A stretch of DNA of 64,000 bases from Eledone cirrhosa (GCA_964016885.1 OZ024743.1:217806001-217870000), one strand, 5' to 3'; positions 41,901 to 55,313 are shown, numbered from the stretch's first letter. The notes: generated by a model not told the origin, from the letters alone. A program made the numbers and translations.

Positions 41901-43189
41901 TGTTTTCCAGCGTGTGTTGGTGTTGTGTTGTTACGAGGTGGTGGTAATGACATCCTCCCACTTCCGTGCCAATACTTCCTTGCACTCTTGGTATGGCGTG
42001 GAGGGGGGAGTAGCTGTCACCATTTTTAACAAGAAATAACCTGGTGTGGAAAAAATAGGATACGATCTTCAAATATTTGTGCCAAAACCCCTAACATTGA
42101 GGGCCGAACATTCTTGCAGATAAAGACAGTAAATGAGGGTGTATACATTTAAAATTCTACAGCAATTCTTGTACAAAGTTACTCTTTGATGTTAACATAA
42201 GAGATATATATACTAAATTTTTGGCTTGGTGTCCGGAAAATAACTTGGGCCCCCGTGGGTCTAGCCCCAACTTATAATACATTTTTGGAATCTATTTAAA
42301 CCCCTGAATGTTTTTACAACCTGCCTGTGGATGCGAGCACCACGAATATTCAAAAGCTCGAAAGCAGCAATAGTTCAGCTTCTGCATTAAATGTTGATCA
42401 TTTGCACATGATTGCAGAATTGTATGGCGTGCCAAGCGCTTAGCTGATTGAAAGGCTATGAAAGGTTTGGATGCTTGAGTGTTATTAATTTATAGTAATC
42501 ATTTTCAACCCCCACAAATATTTTAAATCATCGATTATTATCGTGTTAATATCCGCCCCCTATATATAATAAATGCGAATTTCTGTGCGTGTATCCACAT
42601 GCATTTCCGGCTTCGGTGTAAATGTGTTGTATTTAAATATTAAAGTAAATTGGCCCCAAAATCAAATATGCAAATTGCAAATGTGTATCCTTCTCCCTTT
42701 TAGTTATAAGCGATTTGCTAAACTGCCCGCTTCTACATTAGAGGGTTTGAAGTATCCAATTGCCAATAAAAAATATTCTATGTAAATTATGTATGATTCT
42801 CATCAAAAGTCCTGTGCTGCATTGTTTCAATCGTAACCCTGGTTATAACTGGTTCATGTAGTATCTTATATTTTCTAAATTAAGTTAGATTGTCATCATA
42901 TAGTAGGTAATATACGTCATTGTATTAAATCAACAAACGGAAGACGGAATATGTTGGCGCTTATTCGTATACTTTTCATGGGAGGATAAATGGTTCTTTT
43001 CTTAATTCCCTGACTTGTAAGTTTTACCTACATACACACATCTATGTTATCGATAAAATATAGCGCTAGTGCTAAAAAACGTTTGATTAAAACTCTTTGC
43101 ACATTAAATAAATAAATTGTTAATTTATCAGAAGCGGAATAGACTATTTTGACGAATGAGTAAAAAGGTAAAAGTAGAGTCCTCAAACA

Positions 43190-43705
43190 CTCATTCCAGC
43201 GGGTCCTGTCAGAAGGAGCCGTCTCCAACTGATCCGGTTGGATCCCCAAGCGAGACAAGCGAATTCATAGATGTTATCCAACCATCTCTATCGGGGTCTG
43301 CCATTAGGACAGCAGCCGGCTGGTTTTGCCCGTAAAATCTGTACTTGTTATATTCTAACCACATGCTCATAGTGTCGGAGCTGCTGTAAATGGAGTGACT
43401 ATCTGATCTCCGAACTACGCACTCTATCGGGTAATGTTACTCCAAAGACCCTTTGAAAGAACCCTATATCAGCCGCTTGCATTCACGATCCTATTCTGGC
43501 GGTCATCCCCCAAGATTCATGAGCATATGTAAGGGTTAGCACGAATACCGAATTGAAGATAGGGAGTTTGGTTTTTACACCTGCTTCTTTTCTTTTGATT
43601 ATCAAATGATGAAGCTGGCGCATTACTGCACCAGATCCTGAAATTATTGCACATATTTCAGCCTCCTGCATTCCATCACACGTGAACATGGCCCTGAGAT
43701 AATTG
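43190..43705 (-). mobile_element. Decayed RTE-clade LINE 3' fragment
   Basis: KTKLPIFNSVFVLTLTYAHESWGMT and RLGIQPDQLETAPSDRTRW resemble RTE post-RT motifs. Confidence 0.75.
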
Positions 43706-43723
43706 TGTTTGTATATGTATGTA

Positions 43724-43785
<62 letters not shown>

Positions 43786-43789
43786 GTAA

Positions 43790-43827
43790 AATTGACGTTT
43801 CAGCTGCGATTTGCATTTTTCAAAATC
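43790..43827 (-). ncRNA. Minimal hammerhead ribozyme-like motif (U3-A8 core variant)
   Basis: gatt-TTGAAAA-atgcaaatcgcagct-GAAAC-GTC-aatt; a degenerate homologue lies at about 57462-57498. Confidence 0.5.
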
Positions 43828-44049
43828 AATCTTCTGGAGCTGTCACAGAGCACTCAATGAGATGATATCGATAAATTGAAGCTCAGAATAATAACAATAT
43901 GTTTGGGGTGTGACATAGTGAAAATTGCAACCGGAGAGATCTTGCCACAAAAGCCACCACAACAACGAGAATACAAACAGGTTTAAGACGTCCCTGGACC
44001 TGATTGATAGAAATTATATAAATATCTATCAATCAGGTGCGTCTCTTTA

Positions 44050-44170
44050 TGATCTGAGTTCAAATCCCGCCGAAGTTAACTTTGCCTTTCATCCTTACGG
44101 GGTCGATAAAATAAAGTACCAGTGATACACTGGGTAATTGCTGGCCATGTGCCAAAAGTAGAAACAATTA
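44050..44170 (+). mobile_element. Family-1 SINE, 5' truncated
   Basis: gagttcaaatcccgccgaagttaactttgcctttcatccttacggggtcgataaaataaagtaccag...agaaacaatta. Confidence 0.9.
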
Positions 44171-44796
44171 TATAAATATCTTCGATTGATTTCTGGGAAT
44201 TCGAAATCTACATTCCAAGTTGCGTAGCATGCAAACCAGATATCCTTTTCTCAACAGGCGTTTAGTACAGTTTTCTAGGAGTGCGGCTTAGTAATTCCAC
44301 CGCCAAACACTGTAGCAGTAACTCTGGTAGCGTGGTCACATGTTCTTTCTCAGGAAAAGAGGAAGATTCACATCCGGGATTTGGCGGGCAAATAATGGAA
44401 TTTAGAGGCTGTGAATAATGGAATTTATTCACAGCCTCTAAAGTAAGATCTCAACTAGGTTATCAAAGAAAGAATAAATAATTAATCAATCAATTAATCA
44501 ATTAATTAATTATAAAGGCTAGGAGAAAATAATAATAATAATAATAATAATGCTTTCTTTATTAACCACAAGGGTAAAGTAGACATTAAGGACAGTACAG
44601 GACAATACAGGACGGTACAAATGGGCATTTCTGCGTGTAAAAAACAAGAAACAGAGGATGTAATAATAGAACAATGAAAAAATTCCCCAATAGGGGGGGA
44701 GACTTCCGAGGGACATTCGTGGAGCAAGCCCATTAAAAAGACACAATGACCCTGACCACCAGGGCAAGTGCCCTTTCCCAGTTTTCCACCTTTAAT

Positions 44797-47700
44797 TTAC
44801 AGACACATACTCAGAGTAGGCCCATTCACTCGTGCCATTCTTGCTTCTCTCACCCATCTTTCAACAAAATGCTGGGAAGAGAGCACTTCCCACTCTACCC
44901 TGATTTTCCTTTTCAAATGAAATTTGAAAAAGTCAATCAGGGCATCACCGAAGAGGTAAGTGCTCGTCTTCAGCCTTTTCAAACGTGTCCACCATACTAT
45001 CTCTTTCGCCATGGCCAGCAGACAGATAAAAACTGCCTGCCCTTCCCGGCAAAAGGAAGAGGGTGGGGCAACCCTCACCATGGACTCAGCTGATAGCCGG
45101 ATTCGTCCTACACGCGACAGCAGGTGTTCGACATAAACCCACAAGTCAGCAATTCTCGGACACTGGACGAGTGCGTGCAGGACGGTTTCGTCGCCCTGCG
45201 CGCATCTCGGACATGCCCGGCTGACGGCACCTCTATGCCTGTAGAGTTTACCCCGAACTGGCAAGGCTCCTCGGTAACACTGCCAGGCCAGGGATTTCTG
45301 GAAGTTGTCCATAAGTCCCGGCCCGCAACTTCTGCCGAAGAGATTGGCTAGTTGATTTTCGTCGAGGCCTTGAGTTTCCCCAAGTACGTCGTCGCTCTTC
45401 CCCTCCACTAATCCTCTATAGAACGCCGAGGTGAATTTCCGCCGATCACATTGCCCGATTGGTCGAGGGCTGTGAGCGCCTTAAGACATTCTAGTCTCCA
45501 AGCGCTCCCTCTCGGTCTTCGCTTGACCCAGGACTGCAGCTCCGTCAAGGAGACGAGCTGGGGAAAGACGCGCTAGCAAACGGCGACCACACCTGATCAC
45601 CGTCGAGGAAGAGGTGGAGATGTCGTAGCCTGAGCGCGTGTCTGCGCATCATCAGCCACGGCATTCCCAGCCCTCCACGTAGCGGGTGTTGACAACAGAT
45701 GGACTGCCTGACCATCGGAGCTCGTGCCTTCCACAAAAAGCGAAAGAGCAAACGCTCCAGCGCAGTCACGCGGGGCTTAGTACAAGGTACGACGGTCAGG
45801 TGGTAGCTGATGACGGACGCGATGTACGCGGTAGCCACTTCCGCTCGACCTTTCAGGGATAGCTTCCTCTCCGCCCATTTCTGCGTGTGAGAAGCCACCC
45901 TGCTCGTCACCTCGTCCCAGTTTTTGTCCGTCTGGAGGTCCGGACCGAACCAGACCCCTAGCAATTTAACCGGTCCGTCCGTCCAGCGGCCGACGACGCT
46001 GTTGGGCGGCATGGAACTGCCTCTCCAGGTGCCGAGCTGCAGGCCCACTCACTTTTCCTGGTTGATCATTGCTCCTGTCACCGCTTTGTATTCTCTTAGT
46101 GTAGTGCCGATCAGCTCGATGTGTTTGGCGTTCGACACCACTACGGTGAGATCGTCCGCATATGCTGACACAGATCTTCCGCATCCTAGTTCGCGCGGGA
46201 CGCCCCTCAACGCCTCCAGTTTGTGCAGTAATGGCTCGAGAGTCAATACGTACAAGAGGAACGAGAGGAGACATGCTTGGCGGACCGAGCGCATGATGTT
46301 GAACGGTTCTGAAAGGTGACCGTTCACTCTCACCACAGAGCAGATGTTGCTGTGCATGGCAGCGATCCAGCCTCTGAAGACGGGCCCAAAGCCAGCCGCC
46401 TTCAGGACTGCCGCTAGGTAACGATGGTGGATATTATCGAAAGCTTTCGACTGATCTAAATTGATCAAGGACCCACACGTGCGAGGTTCCCTAGCTACCC
46501 TCTTTACGATGTATCGCATGAGGTGGATGTTGTCGTGGATGGATCTGTCGGGAATGGCGCATGTCTGCGCCTCTCCCACCAGACCACCAACGACAAGCGC
46601 CAACCTCTTTGCTAGCACCTTGGCCAAAATCTTGAACTCTGTGTTTAGCAGAGTTAGGGGCCTGAAATTATCTTTGTTATCCCCCTTGTTCGGATCCTTT
46701 CTCATCAGCGCCACAGCTCCTCGGCTCACAGAGCTGGGAATTCTCCCGTGCTGTTGCCAGTTGCAGTAGACGTCCGCCAAGAGGCCTCCGAACAAGTCTG
46801 GCATTCAAACCAGGCGATTTACCCCTTGTGCAGCCAGTCATTGCCTCCCGTACTTCAGCGGCTGTTATCGGCTTTTCGCAACACTCCGCCTCAGTGGCCG
46901 AGAGCCGCGGCAGCCCGTCGAGGTAAACACTAAAGTCCATCCCTCGATCCGGCCCGTCGCTGCCCCCGAACAGCTGTGCGAAGTGTCGCTGAAAAGCTTC
47001 ACACATTGGCCCGGGATCGTGTAGCATGCGCCCACGTGGTCCACCAAAGACCGTATCGTGGCTTTGTTGCCACGACGCGCCTTCGCCACTCGGGCCCAAT
47101 GAACGGCTTTCGTCCCATCGTTTCTGAGAGCACGCAAACTAGCTCTGACAACGTAGCCTTCGTGCTTTGCATTGAAGAATTGGTCAATATCGCCGCAAGT
47201 ACGTCGATCGCGATGCCTTTGCTAAGCGCCTCGTCTAATTTTCTAACTAGTTCTCCCTCTGCTCTATTTTTCTCTATTTCTAAAGCCTTACTAAACCTAA
47301 TGGACTCTATTCTAATCGCTCTTTTCAGAGCAAACCACCACTTGTTGTTCACCATGGCCCCCGTCAACGCCCGCTTAACTAGTTCGCTAATCCGATCTCT
47401 GTAGGCCTTGCGCGCTGGTAAGGACGCGTTTAGCTTCCAGTAGCAAGGTCCTCGTCTATGGAGCCTATCTAAGTCAAGCACACAGATCACGAATTTGTGG
47501 TCCGTGTAGCTGACTATCTTGAATTGTGGACAGCCTATGCTAGACCTATCTATTGCCCTACAAAATACTCTATCTAGTTATGATCTGGATGACCCTATGC
47601 GATTTGTTCAAGTCCACATTGGCACATTAGGGAAATCCAATCGGTACGTGTCAGACAGTTCAAAACGCCTGAGCAGGATGCTGAGGCTCTTGCACCCTCC

Positions 47701-48177
47701 TGCCCTATCCGCTAATCCCACACAGTCCCAGCGTGCATCAAAGATCCCGTTCCAGTAGCCCACTAACACTAAAGTGCGGGACGTTCCAAGAAAGGTCTCC
47801 AGACGCCGGAAGAAATCAGGCCGCCCTGCTCCTGTCGGGGCATAGACAGCCACTAGCCTGAAAGCTTGCCCGTCTCCGCTGGTCACGTCCAGTACCACCA
47901 ACTTACCTTCTGGGTCCAGGAAGATGGCCCGTATGGCGAGATCCAAACCTCTCCGAAAAAGCACAGCAACTCCTCCCCCCGATCCAGGACGGCTGGGAGA
48001 TGCGTACACATCGTAGCCGCCGAAGTTCGGTACGAAGGTCCGTGCTTCGGAGATTCTGGTCTCGCTGATGGCCACTACATCTATGTTTAGTGACCTGAGG
48101 TCGTTGAGCAGGTGGCCCTGCTTCCATGACGACCCCATGCCACGCGCATTTATGCCGCCTATTCTGAGTGAGGTCAT
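44797..48177 (-). pseudogene. Element C ORF2 (APE endonuclease-RT), frameshifted
   Basis: LRIGGINARG, ISET, VYAP, YWKLN, NFRPLTLLNTEFKILAK, DQSKAFD, SAYADD, CPRC..ETVLHALVQCP. Confidence 0.95.
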
Positions 48178-48217
48178 GTTGAAGTTGAAATGGAGTGGAA
48201 AAGATGGGAAAGACCAC

Positions 48218-50037
48218 TTACCTTACTTCTCGTAGAGGAAGGATGGTTTCTCCCTACTTTTCACTGCTTGTGGCCTCCTCCGGAAGGATGTCCTTATAAA
48301 TCCTCTTGGAAAGTGCTTGTCGGAAGTCTCCGATGTCTTTGGGGAATTTTTGTTTTAGTGTCGTGTACGTTTCCTGTGTGATGCGAGTGATTTGTATGTG
48401 TGGAGGTGGTGTGAACTTTTGGGTTATTGTGTAGTCTTTTTCTCTGATGCTGGTGTTGTGTTGGTTGTAGTGTAATAATTGGTTGTTGTTCAAATTTAAT
48501 GCTGTGTAGTGTGTATCGTTTTGGTTGTTTTGTTTTGTTTGCGTTTGTTGTGGGTTTGTTTCTGTTTCGCTTTTTGGTGACTTTTGTGGTGTTGGTGATT
48601 GTGGTGTTGGGGTTAATGATGGTGATGGTGTTGGTTTGTGGTGATGGGGTTGGTCATGCTGGTGTGGATGGTGGCATAGCTGTCCTAAATTTTTTGTTTG
48701 ATAGTTTATTTGTTTCTCTCCGTATTTTGTTTTTGGAGGGGGAGGGAAGAGGATTTTTTTCGTTTTTGGTTTCTTTTTCTTTTTTTCTTTTTTCCTGATA
48801 CCGTTTCCCACTCCTCATCGCCACAATCGGTCTCCAGTTGCGATAAGTTGGGGAGTGGAAAATCCTCCACAGGCGTTGGTTTTGGTTGTGGCATGGTAGA
48901 TGGTGTAGGCGCTGGTGCTAGTTATGGCGCGTTGGGTGGTGGTGGTGTTGGTTTTGCTAGTGTTGCTGGGGTTGTTGCTGTTACAGTTGCTTCTGTTGTT
49001 GCTGCTACAATGGTTACTGCCATTTCTGCTGCTGGGGGTGTTGATGGTTGAGGGTGGGTAAGAGAGGTGGCCTCAACCTTTTAGCCTAAGGGCAGAAAGC
49101 CCTTAGGTGGGTTCCTTCACCACAAACGACACACCTAGGCCTTCTGCCCTCGACAATTACTGCTTTTCTTTCGCTATTTCGATTATATTGGTGTTGGCCT
49201 CGATGCCGGCGAGGATGGCAGCCATTAGCCAGGGATTTTCGATGGCCGGTGGAACATGGGTCACCCTGATCTTCACGAGTCTCTGGCCACAATAGCTTGG
49301 GACGAGTGTGAAGTCGTCACTTCTTAATGGGGCCATGGAGTGTTCTCTGGCATCATGTGGTGTTCCAAAGAACACGTCCACGGTTCCATATTTCTGCCCA
49401 CGTCTGATGTTGGGTTTTTTGCCCACACATGTCCCAAAGCTTTTTGGATTTGGGACTCGGATGCTCGTTCCACTCGGCGTGGTTTTATGTTAATCGTCCG
49501 ATAAGACACGGTGCATAGGCACCGATGTTCCATTTTATTAGGTGGGGGGGGGGCTGACCCTGTACCCATCTTTCTTTACCATTCTCTTGGCTTCATCTAA
49601 TTCCTCCTGAGTTACCTGGATTGCTTCGCACTTTTTTGCTACTCTGGCAAAAAAAAGGGTGGTTTTATTATTCTCATTGTTGTTGTTGCTGTTGTTGTTA
49701 TCGTTATTTTTGTTATTGTTATTTTTAGTTTCAGTTGTGGTGGTGGTGGCGTCAGTGGTGTTCGGTGTGGAAGAGTCCATTCTGGGTGAATCCATTTCGA
49801 TGTCACGAGATAATTTTTTTTCTTTTTTTTCTGTTGTCGCTGTGGTGGTGGGGTTGGGGTGGCGGCTTCAACACCTGCAGTCATTGGTAATGGCGGGAAA
49901 TGAATATCTGCATGAGACAAATTTAAATTATTGCTACTGCTTATATTTTTAGTGTTGGCAAACATAGTAATATTTACAATGGTGATGTCCGTGTGAGGTG
50001 TTAGTTTGTGAGAAAGGTGTGGCTGTGAGTCGTCCAT
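48218..50037 (-). pseudogene. Element C ORF1 (zinc-knuckle), disrupted
   Basis: CVVCGEGTHLRAFC; the RGQKYGTVDVFF segment is homologous to RGRQYGTIWVLF of element A. Confidence 0.8.
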
Positions 50038-50251
50038 GAATAGTCAAAGAAAAATCTTTGTTTGAGAATTATAAAATTTTAATTTTGGGCTCAAGGCGCC
50101 AATCTTTTTGAGTGTCCTTTTCAGAAAACAATGTATGTGCACTTATATACAGTTTACAATAAAAAATTTCCATAAATGGCAATTTTAAACAACTGAAAAC
50201 AACAAACCTTTGCGGAGCTCACGATAATACTATTTCCTACGTAATGTCGCC

Positions 50252-50283
<32 letters not shown>

Positions 50284-51345
50284 TTTCTTTATTGACCACA
50301 AGGCTGACATCAAGAAAAACATTACAGGCGGCATAGGAAGGTACGATGTGGGTTTCGTGCGTGTCAAGATTTTTATTATTTATATAAGAAAAGAAACAGA
50401 AAAAGACATAGAAACATATATATATATGTACAATAAAAATGAAAATTGAAACAATGAAAAATTCCCCAATAAGGGGGAAACCTCCGAGGGCTACTCGTGG
50501 CGAAAACCACACAAAAGACCACGACCACCCTGACCACCAGGGCATGCGCTCTCTCTCAATTTTTCCATTTCTAAAACTACAGGCGTATATTCAGAGCGGT
50601 CCCGTTCACTCGGACCATTCTCGCTACATTCACCTACCTTTCAACAAACTTACTAGAAGGCAGTTCTTGCTCCTCCACACTGATTTTGCTCTTCAAGTGA
50701 AACTTGAAAAAGTTAATTAGGGATTCACCGAAGAGGTAAGTGTCTGTCTTTAACCCTGTCAACATTGTCCACCACACAATCTCTTTCGCCATGCCCACCA
50801 GGCATATGAAAACCGCCTGCCCTTCCTCCTCGAAGGAAGACGGCGAGACCATATGCACAATGGACTCAGTCGATAACCGGATCAGTCCTACACGCGACAC
50901 CAACTGTTCGACATAGCTCCACAAGTCAGCAATGCTCGGGCTGTGAACGAGTGCATGCACGACGGTTTCGTCGCTCTGCGAGCATCTCGGACAGGCTCCG
51001 CAGACGGCACTTCCGTGCCTTTAGAGCTTATCTCGAACCGGCAGCGCTCTCCGGTAGCACTGCCAGGGCAGGGATTTTTGGAAGTTATCCATAGGCCCTG
51101 GGCTGAAAGTTCTCCGGAAGAGAGCAAACAGCTGATCTTCTTCGACGCCCAGGATCTCTCCGAGTACGTCGTCGCTATTCCCCTCCACTAGCCCTCTACA
51201 GAACGCCGAGGTGGATGTTCCACCAATACTGGTGCCTAGCTGGCAGAGGGCGGTGAGCGCCTTGAGACATTCCAGTTTCCAAGCGGTATCTCTCGGTCTT
51301 TTCCTGGCCCAGGACTGCAGCTCCGTCAAGGATACGAGCTGTGGT
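50252..51345 (-). mobile_element. 5'-truncated L1/Tx1 copy (element B)
   Basis: ORF2 C-terminal fragments (QLVSLTELQSW, MDNFQKSL.WQCYR, KEIVWWT) and a 3'UTR homologous to element C; ends aataaagaaatc(att)10. Confidence 0.92.
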
Positions 51346-51433
51346 GGCCGTCCTCTTGGTAACCGACCCTCTGAAGTCACCAACTACGTTGGGTAATTTT
51401 TATTTTAAAAGTTTGTACTGTTCTATTTTGATA

Positions 51434-51744
51434 TCAATAATTGTTTCTACATTTGGCACAAGGCCAGCAATTAAACAGTACATTATTGGTACTTTATTTT
51501 ATCGACCCCGTAAGGATAAAAGTCAAAGTTAACCTCGGCGGGATTTGAAATCAGAATGGCAAGGGCCGTAACTCTATGCGTCAAAGCATGGCGTCCGACC
51601 CTCTACCGATACTGCCAATTCAACGCCTTATCAATAATAATAATAATAATTGTTTCTACTTTTGGCACAAGGCCAGCAATTACCCAATGCATTACTGGTA
51701 CTTTATTCTATCGACCCCGGAAGGATGAAAGGCAAAGTTAACCT
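51434..51744 (-). mobile_element. Two tandem family-1 SINEs (full 51434-51628; 5'-truncated 51632-51744)
   Basis: Both match the family consensus and are separated by an (ATT)n tail. Confidence 0.92.
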
Positions 51745-52007
51745 TAATAATAATGATTTCATTTATTGGCCACAAGGGCCGACATATATGGGACAATACA
51801 AAAGACAGGGACAGTGGAGTTTTACAGAAAAATCGAGTAAACAATATGAATAACAATAACAAAGTAACAAAAAAATTACAAGAGAAAATTCCCCAATAGG
51901 GGGGATGACCACCCAGGGTTCGCTCAGGTACCCCACCAATCCTGAACGACCCGACGCTTCGATAGCATCCTGGAAGAGCACACCTCTCCTCATCAAATTT
52001 ACCTACC

Positions 52008-55000
52008 TACAGTCGCATGACCAGAGTAGGCCCACTCACACGGGCCATTCTCACCACATTCACCCACCTTTCAGCAAATGTACTGGGGTCAGCACATCCC
52101 TCTCCACCCTCACCTTTCTTTCCAAGTTAAACTTGAAAAAGTTGATGAGGGATTGGCCGAAGAGAAAAGTGTCTGTCTTCAGTCCTTTCAGCCTCGTCCA
52201 CCATACAACCTCATTCGCTACTGCCACCAGACAGAGGAAAATTGCCTGGCCTTCATGGCCAAAAGAAGGCGGCGGGTCGATCTTCACTATGGACTCGGCC
52301 GATAGCCGGATCCGTTCTACATGCGACAACAGCTGTTCAACATAACTCCACAAGTCAGTAATGCACGGACACTGGACCAGTACGTGCAGAACGGTTTCGT
52401 CGCTCTGCGCGTATCACGGGCAGGTCCGTCTGACAGCACTTCCGTGCCTGTAGAGTTTATCTCGAACCGGCAGTGCCCCCCGGTAGCACTGCCAATCCTC
52501 TATAGAACTCGAGAGTGGAAGTTCCACTGACTGCATTGCCTGCCAGGTAGAGGGCAGTGAATGCCTGGCAACAATCCAGATGCCAGTCACCCAGTCTCGG
52601 TTTCTCCTTGACCCAGGACTGCAACTCAGTCAAAGAAACGAGCTGCGGAAAGGCCCGTCTGACAAACGGCGACCACACCTGTTCACCGTTTAGGCAGAAT
52701 ATCTGGAGATACCGCACCTCAGCGCGTTCCTGCGCATCATTAACCACGGCATGCCCAGCCCTCTACGTAGAGGGTACTGGCAGCAGATTGACCGCCTCAC
52801 CAGCGGAACCTGACCCTCCACAAGAATTTGAAGAGGAGCCGCTCCAAGAACGGAGGCAAGGGACGACGGTCAGACGGTAGTAGATGACGGACGCGATGTA
52901 CGCGTTCGCCACCTCCGCCCGACCTTTCAGTGATAGTTTCATCCCAGCCCATTTTTGACTGAGACTGGTTACCCTGCCCGTCACCTCGTCCCAATTCTTA
53001 TCCATGTGGAGGTCTGGCCAGAACCAAACCCCGAGCAACTTGACCGGTCTGTCCGTCCAACGCCTAACGACGCTGTTGGACGGCATGGACTTGCCTCTCC
53101 AGGTGCCGAGTTGCAAGCCCACCGACTTTTCCGGGTTAAGTTTTGATCCCGTCAACCTTTCATATTCCTCCAATAAGTTGCCGACCACCTCGATTTCTGA
53201 GGTGTCCGACACCATCACAGTGATGTCGTCCGCATAAGCCGACACAGCCTTTCTGCGTCCCTGTTCAAGCGGGATTCGCTGCAACAGCTCCAGCTTCCGC
53301 AGTAAAGGCTCGCGAGTCAATACGTACAGAAGGGAGGAGAGAGGGCACCCTTGACGGACCGATCGGGAGACCTGAAACGGTTCCGAGAGGTGGCCATTAA
53401 TTTTGACCATCGAGCAGGTGCAGCTGTGCATTGCAGCGATCCAGCTTCTGAAGACGGAGCCGAAGCCAGCCGCCTTGAGGACAGCCTCCAGGTACCGATG
53501 GTCGACCCTATCGAATGCTTTCGATTGATCTAAATTGATCAGAGCCCCCACCGAAGCCAGGTTTACACCCAACCCTCTCTATGATGTATCGCATTAGGTG
53601 GAGGTTGTCGTGTATGGACCTGGTTAGGATTGCGCAAGTTTGCGCGTCCCCAACCAAATACCCGACGACAAGCGCCAACCTCTTCGCTAACTCCCTGATC
53701 AAAATCTTAAACTCTGGTTGAGCAGAGTTATGGGCCTGAAATTGTCTAATATGTCCCTCTTGTTCTCCTCTTTCCTTATCAGCGTCACTACGGCCCGGCT
53801 CACAGAACTGGGAATACTCCCGTTTTGCTGCCAGTTGCAGTAGAGGGCTTCGAGGAGATTGGAGAACAAGTTTGGCATATTTACGGAAAGCTCGTAGGGC
53901 AGACCATCCAAACCGGGTGACTTGCGCCTCATGCAGCCGACAAGGGCATCCTGAATCTCGGCTGAAGTAATTGGCCTTTCGCAGCGCCCAGCGTCAGCCG
54001 TCGAGAGTTGCGGCAATCCATCGAGGTAGGGACTGAAATCAGCCACCTTCTCTGACCCACCACTTACACCGAACAACCGAGCAAAATGTTTGCGAAAGGC
54101 CTCACACATCCACTTGGAATCGCTCAGCTCGTGTCCGTCTCGGTCCGTCAAAGACCTTATTGTGATTTTAGTACCATGCTGCGCCTCTGCCACGCGGGCC
54201 CATCGATCAGCTTTGGTTCCCTCGTTTCTCAGAGCACGCGCCTTAGCTCTGACAATGCAACCTTCGTGTTTCGCATTGAAGAAATGGTCTAATGCCATTC
54301 TCGCCGCTAGCACGTCAGTTGCAATGCCACTAATAGCCTCATCTAACTTATCTGCCAACTCCCACTCCTTTCTATTTTTCTCTAACGCTACTTCTATGCT
54401 AAACTCTATCGACATTACTCTAATCTCTCTTTTGAGAGCCCCCCACTATCTATTGTAGTCGACTCCCCCTGTCAACTTTTTCTTAACTAAATTGTTGACC
54501 TGGTCCCTGTTAGCCTTACGTGCCGGAAATGACATGTTTAGCTTCCAGTAACCAGGTCCTAACCTACGCGTCTTATCTAGGTTGAACATACAGATCACAA
54601 ACTTGTGATCTGAATAGGCGACCGTTTCAAAACGTGGATAGCTTACACTATTTCTGTCTATTTTCCTAATGAATATCCTGTCTATATACGATCTAGATGA
54701 TCCTATGCGGATAGTCCAGGTCCACACTGGCGCATTAGGGAAATCTAGTCAGTACCTGTCAGACAGTTGGAACTGGCTGATCAGGTCTTGAGGCTTTTGC
54801 ACCCCCCGCTCCTATCGGATACTCCCACACAGTCCCAGCGTGCGTCTAAGATGCCGTTCCAGTCCCCCGCTAACAGTAAAGGGCGAGACGTACCCAGAAA
54901 GGCTTCCAGGCGTCTAAAGAAGTCCAGCCGTCCTGCCCCAGTAGGGGCATAGACGGGTACCAGTCTAAAGGCACCACCTTCGTTATTGTTCACGTCTAGG

Positions 55001-55277
55001 ACCACCATCTTCCCGTCCGGGTCCCGGAAGATCGACCTTACCTCGAGATCCAGGCCTTTCCTAAACAGCACTGCCAACTCATTCCCGGCCGGCTAACAGA
55101 TGCAAAGATCTGATAGTCGTCGAAAATGGGGGCTAGTGCGCGCGTGTCAGAAATCCTGGTCTCGCTGACGACAATTACATCCATTTCTAGAGAACTGAGG
55201 TCGTTGAGCAGGTGACCCTGCTTCCAGGACGATCTCAGGCCTCGGACATTTAAACATCCTACTCTTAATACGGCCAT
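52008..55277 (-). pseudogene. Element A ORF2 (APE endonuclease-RT), frameshifted, with an internal deletion near 52495
   Basis: LRVGCLNVRG, AGDWNG, SYIDRIF, SDHK, GPGYWKLN, KSPGLDGLPYE, RQGCPLS, SAYADD. Confidence 0.95.
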
Positions 55278-55313
55278 ATTGGCAGGTTAAAAAGAGAGAG
55301 AGGAAAGGTTTAC

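Larger units (their letters stand above)
44528..50251 (-). mobile_element. Full-length decayed L1/Tx1-clade retrotransposon (element C)
   Basis: ORF1 and ORF2 fragments on the minus strand; 3' end cccttgtggttaataaagaaagc(att)n; the 5' end abuts (att)n. Confidence 0.93.

Noticed and set aside
44950-44962. AGGTAAGT on the + strand within elements C and B (also about 50734)
   Set aside because: Antisense to ORF2 codons T-Y-L-F and absent from elements A and 1; explained by coding sequence.
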